Source: Antechinus flavipes
Lineage: Eukaryota
Direction: 5' to 3'
NCBI RefSeq assembly: GCF_016432865.1
Contig: NC_067401.1
Span: forward strand, 7,626,001 to 7,690,000
Length of the DNA stretch: 64,000 nucleotides
Shown here: positions 60,601 through 64,000 of the stretch, piece by piece
Position numbering within the stretch: the first letter of the stretch is position 1
Layout of the letters: each line of letters opens with the position of its first letter
Program-made: the position numbers and the translations under genes
The notes under the pieces: model-generated
Seen by the model: only the letters and a program-made list of their open reading frames with translations
Told to the model about the DNA's origin: nothing
The model's database searches: none

Positions 60601-62775
60601 GGTGGCACAATGGGAGGAGTGCTCATCCTGGAGTCACAAGGGCCTGAGTTCAAATCTAGCCTCAGACATTTAAAAGCTGTGGGAAAGTCACCTGGCCCCC
60701 ACTGTCTGTCCCCCAAATAAAAGGAGGAAGGAAGGAAAGAAAGAAGGAAGGAAGGAAGGAATATATTCCTAATAAATAAAGTGAGGAAGGAAGGAAGGAA
60801 TATATAGGGAATATATATATATATATTCCTAATAAATGAAGTGAGCAAGGAAGGAAAGAAGTGAGAAAGGAGGGAAGGAGGGAGGGAGGAAAAAAGGTTC
60901 TAAAAGAGAAAATTTGGCTCTTGAGCCTTTCCAGCCCTGGTCTTCCTGAGCTGGGGAGTCATCTGCCTTTGGGCGGGCGCTTTCTCAGGCCGAGTTCCGA
61001 GGCAGAGCTGCCCTGCGCCGCTCCCCTGCGCCTTCCCAGAGAGGAGGAGGGAACGCCCCTGGCGCTTGCCCTGCTCGTGATCCCAGGTTACTCTGTGGCT
61101 CCGAGGGCAGCGCCCAGGGCCTGGGGGGGGTGAATGAAGATCCCTTAAAGCTGGCAAGGGGCTTTAATCATTGGCCTCCCTCCCTTTTCCTGACATCCCT
61201 GTGGTGAGAGCCTTGTGCTCATTTGCAGAAAGACCAGAAGTCACGAGCACTACCCGCTGGGCCCTAAACACGAATGAAAAACTTCCCCCCAGGAAGAGCT
61301 TTGCGGTGCCAGGAGACAGGTAGTGGGCCCCCCATGCCCACCGGTCTTCGAGGACCAAGCTGTTGGGGGCATTTATGGAGGAGCCTTCAGGCGGGTCAGG
61401 GGCGGAGCAGACGGCCCCCAGGTTCCTTCCGTCTGTGATTCCGTGACTCCCGGAGCTCCGTAACTCGAGCCCCAGTTCCTGCATGTTTCCATCCCCGCCT
61501 CGGCACTGGCTCCCCGCCACCCCCCGATCCAGGCTGAGCTTAGTCCCCAGGCATCCCTTCTCCAAATAAGATGCTCCATTGTCTGGGCTTGTTTTCTCAG
61601 CAAACAGGGAGCAGCCCGTGGGGGGCGGGGAGGGGGGGGCGGCTCTGCTTGTTTGAAATGTGACCGAGCAGGGATGAGGTAATGGGGTGGTGAACTTGGG
61701 GCATTGGAGCGTTTCCCCAGGACCTGGGAGCCACTTTCCGCCCTTGACCCAAAGGAAACCCGGCTTTCTCTGGAAGGTGCCCAAGCTCGTCCCAGGCCTG
61801 AGTGGCAGAGCCCCCGGTGGGCAGCCCTTCTGCCCCTCAGGACTGAGGCGGACGGGAGCCCTCCATGTGTTCTGGGGCCGCCATATCCTGGCTCTGGATT
61901 CTCCTCCTGCTGGGCCGGGCCCGGGGCTCCCACTCGCCAAAGTCAAAGTCTGGGATCAATCCGGCTTCTTCCTCCCTGAGCCGCTAGGCCCTCCCTCCCG
62001 TTTCACAGGCCAGGAGCTGGGCCGGGGGCTGATCTGCCCCACCTCCCACGGGCAGGGGGTGTGAATGAGGGGCTGAGAGCTGAAGCCCTGTTCCGGATCC
62101 GGGGGTCTCCACGCAGACGCACATGGGGGAGGAGGGGAGGTGGGCACTCAATGGGCATCCTGCCCCTTGGTTGGCCTGGTTCTGAGTCCTTATCAGCCCC
62201 TGGGTTTTAATCCGATAATGGGTGGAGCCGGCAGCCAACTGAGCCCAGGTAAAGGGTCGGTGAGCAGGAGCCGAAGCTGGATGAACACAGGGATCGTTTC
62301 ACAAGTGGGGGGGAACAGATTCCCCCTCCTACCCCCTCACCCCCCATAGGAAGTCAGGACCCAAAGATCTGTCGCAGGAGGCAAAGTGGCCATCTAGCCC
62401 AGCCCCCTAACATGAGGAAACTGAGGCCCAAGGAGAGAACGTGTCTCACCCAAGATTCTCTAAATGATTGAGCAGGACTTGAATTCAGATCCTCTAACGG
62501 CACATTCAGGAAGGTAAAAACCCAGTCCTGGGGAACTAAGGACAGACAGACAGACAGACAGAGAGAGAGAACCTTTGTTAAGGTCTTAATTTGGGCCCAG
62601 CCCTGGGCCGAGGACTGCAGAACAGTCTCCCCCTCCAGGTTCTGACTGACCTCATGGGAGAAGGCAGCACCCCTGGAGAGAGACTCTGGGAGCGGGAGAG
62701 GGGAACGTGGGTCCCGGGCCGACCGAGCGCCCCCGCCTCCCTCCTCCTCCCCACTGAACGCCCTTTCTCTTGCAG

Positions 62776-63031
62776 GACGTACGGAGAGCTCACCAACTGC
62801 ACCTTTTTCATCGCCGAGAAGCTGTACTGCACCTGGCCCAACCTGCAGGTGAACGACTTCTTCCTCGCCATCCACAGGCACTACTTCCGAGAGTGCCCCG
62901 TCACGGGCAGGGCCCTGAAGGACCCGCCCAGCAACATCCTCTGCCCCTTCATCATCGGCCCCATCTTGGTGACGCTCCTCGGGACGGCGCTGGTGGTGTA
63001 CAAGAGTCAGCGCAACGAGGGCATCGTGTAA
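62776..63031 (+). CDS. RAMP1: RAMP1 exon 3 (ectodomain C-half, TM helix, cytoplasmic tail)
   Basis: ctttctcttgcag acceptor. Length 256 nt. Translates [84 protein letters not shown]. All six ectodomain Cys, CxWPN, DPP and the terminal EGIV identify RAMP1. Total CDS 456 nt = 151 aa. Confidence 0.97.
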
Positions 63032-63557
63032 GGCCTCGCCCGCCCGGCTCCGGCTCCTGGGGCTTCCACGTGCATGTACCCCCCGCCATCGTCGTCGTGA
63101 CCCGAGACTGTGGGGCTGTCAGACCGAGGGATGCTGGGAAGGAGGTGGGAAGGGAGCGGCTCTGAGGGGATACTCTCTGCGGGGGAGGGAGGGCGGGCGA
63201 GGGAGAGAGCATCGTGGGAGAAGACGCGAGCAGGCTGCAGACAGCCCTATTCATTCCCTCCCCACAACCTGCTCCCGAGTCACCCCAACAATATTTTTCA
63301 GTTGCTAACAGGAGAGAGTTCTACTTGACGTGAGCCCTATCTTGTCTCAGCCGGCAGGGTCCACGAGATTGGTTAAGGTTGGCCAAGGTTCCGTCAGGCA
63401 GAGAAGTTGTGAGTATAAATTATTCCTTGGGAAGCCGTTGGGCAAGTGTTTCTCTTGAAGTGTTCATTCTCCAGATGTGATCCTCCGACCTTTTGGTGTT
63501 TCCATTGTATAAATGATTTTATTGTACTGTACACATAAAACAAGCTGTGTTTGAGTG

Positions 63558-63563
63558 ATTAAA
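63558..63563 (+). terminator. Probable RAMP1 polyadenylation signal ATTAAA
   Basis: Lies about 530 nt after the stop codon, at the end of an AT-rich 3'UTR segment. Confidence 0.5.
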
Positions 63564-64000
63564 AGCTATAATCTCAAATATGGGAAGGATTCTGGTCATT
63601 CTGGGACTCTCCAGCGGGGGTCGAAAGGGTATCAATAAGTGAAGAATAAGCCCGGTAAATGGTCCCCCACCTCCCCGATGAGTCCTGGCAACCTTGACAG
63701 AGGACTGGCAAACATGGGGGAGACGATAATAAGAACGATTCGCATTTATACGGAGACTTCCAGTCCCAATGAGCCTGATGTTCGCCACCTCACTCAAGCC
63801 TCCAAACGGTCCTGAAAGGTCGCTGGTCCTCCAACACTGAGACTCGCACCACCTCATTAGGCTCTCGCCGTCCGCCATGTTTGGTACAGTCCGATTCCAT
63901 CCCGTTTAACAAACATGGGAGGCAGCTTGGCCCAGCAGGAGGAGGCCCTGAATTCATGTTTACTCTGTTCCATTTGGGGCAAATCACCTGTCTTTTCTAT

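Noticed and set aside
62591-62775. In-frame upstream extension of RAMP1 exon 3, and an alternative acceptor at AG 62637-62638
   Set aside because: The extension is open intron sequence without a signal peptide. Exon 2 spliced to 62639 hits TGA after two codons. The canonical 62776 acceptor reproduces the conserved exon length.

Overview
This is vertebrate genomic DNA, most likely from an Australian (dasyurid-like) marsupial. That is inferred from WSINE1- and MAR1-type CORE-SINEs and marsupial-type L1 3' ends; the assembly has a 245-N gap. Two protein-coding genes lie on the + strand in the order known from human 2q37. The first is the 3' end of RBM44: four clear coding exons between 93 and 6266, with an unresolved C-terminus. 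The second is a complete three-exon RAMP1 (CDS 15742-15802, 25549-25687, 62776-63031; 151 aa; introns of about 9.7 kb and 37.1 kb). The rest is L1, L2 and CR1 fragments, CORE-SINEs, one probable solo LTR, CpG islands and several minisatellites. Almost all ORFs in the supplied track are GC-rich or repeat-derived noise. I found no new multi-gene system. The best leads are: (1) an open RBM44 C-terminus with a candidate downstream exon that may be an eroded RING relic; (2) three independent minisatellites grown out of L2 elements; (3) a second NF-Y/Sp1 promoter-like CpG island and a CArG/E-box module in RAMP1 intron 1; (4) RAMP1 protein changes (a RAMP3-like N-glycan sequon, loss of the tail Ser-Lys, changed ligand-pocket residues); (5) local GC overwriting of both exons and old L1s. 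Repeat family names and cross-species comparisons come from recall of consensus sequences, not from database searches.
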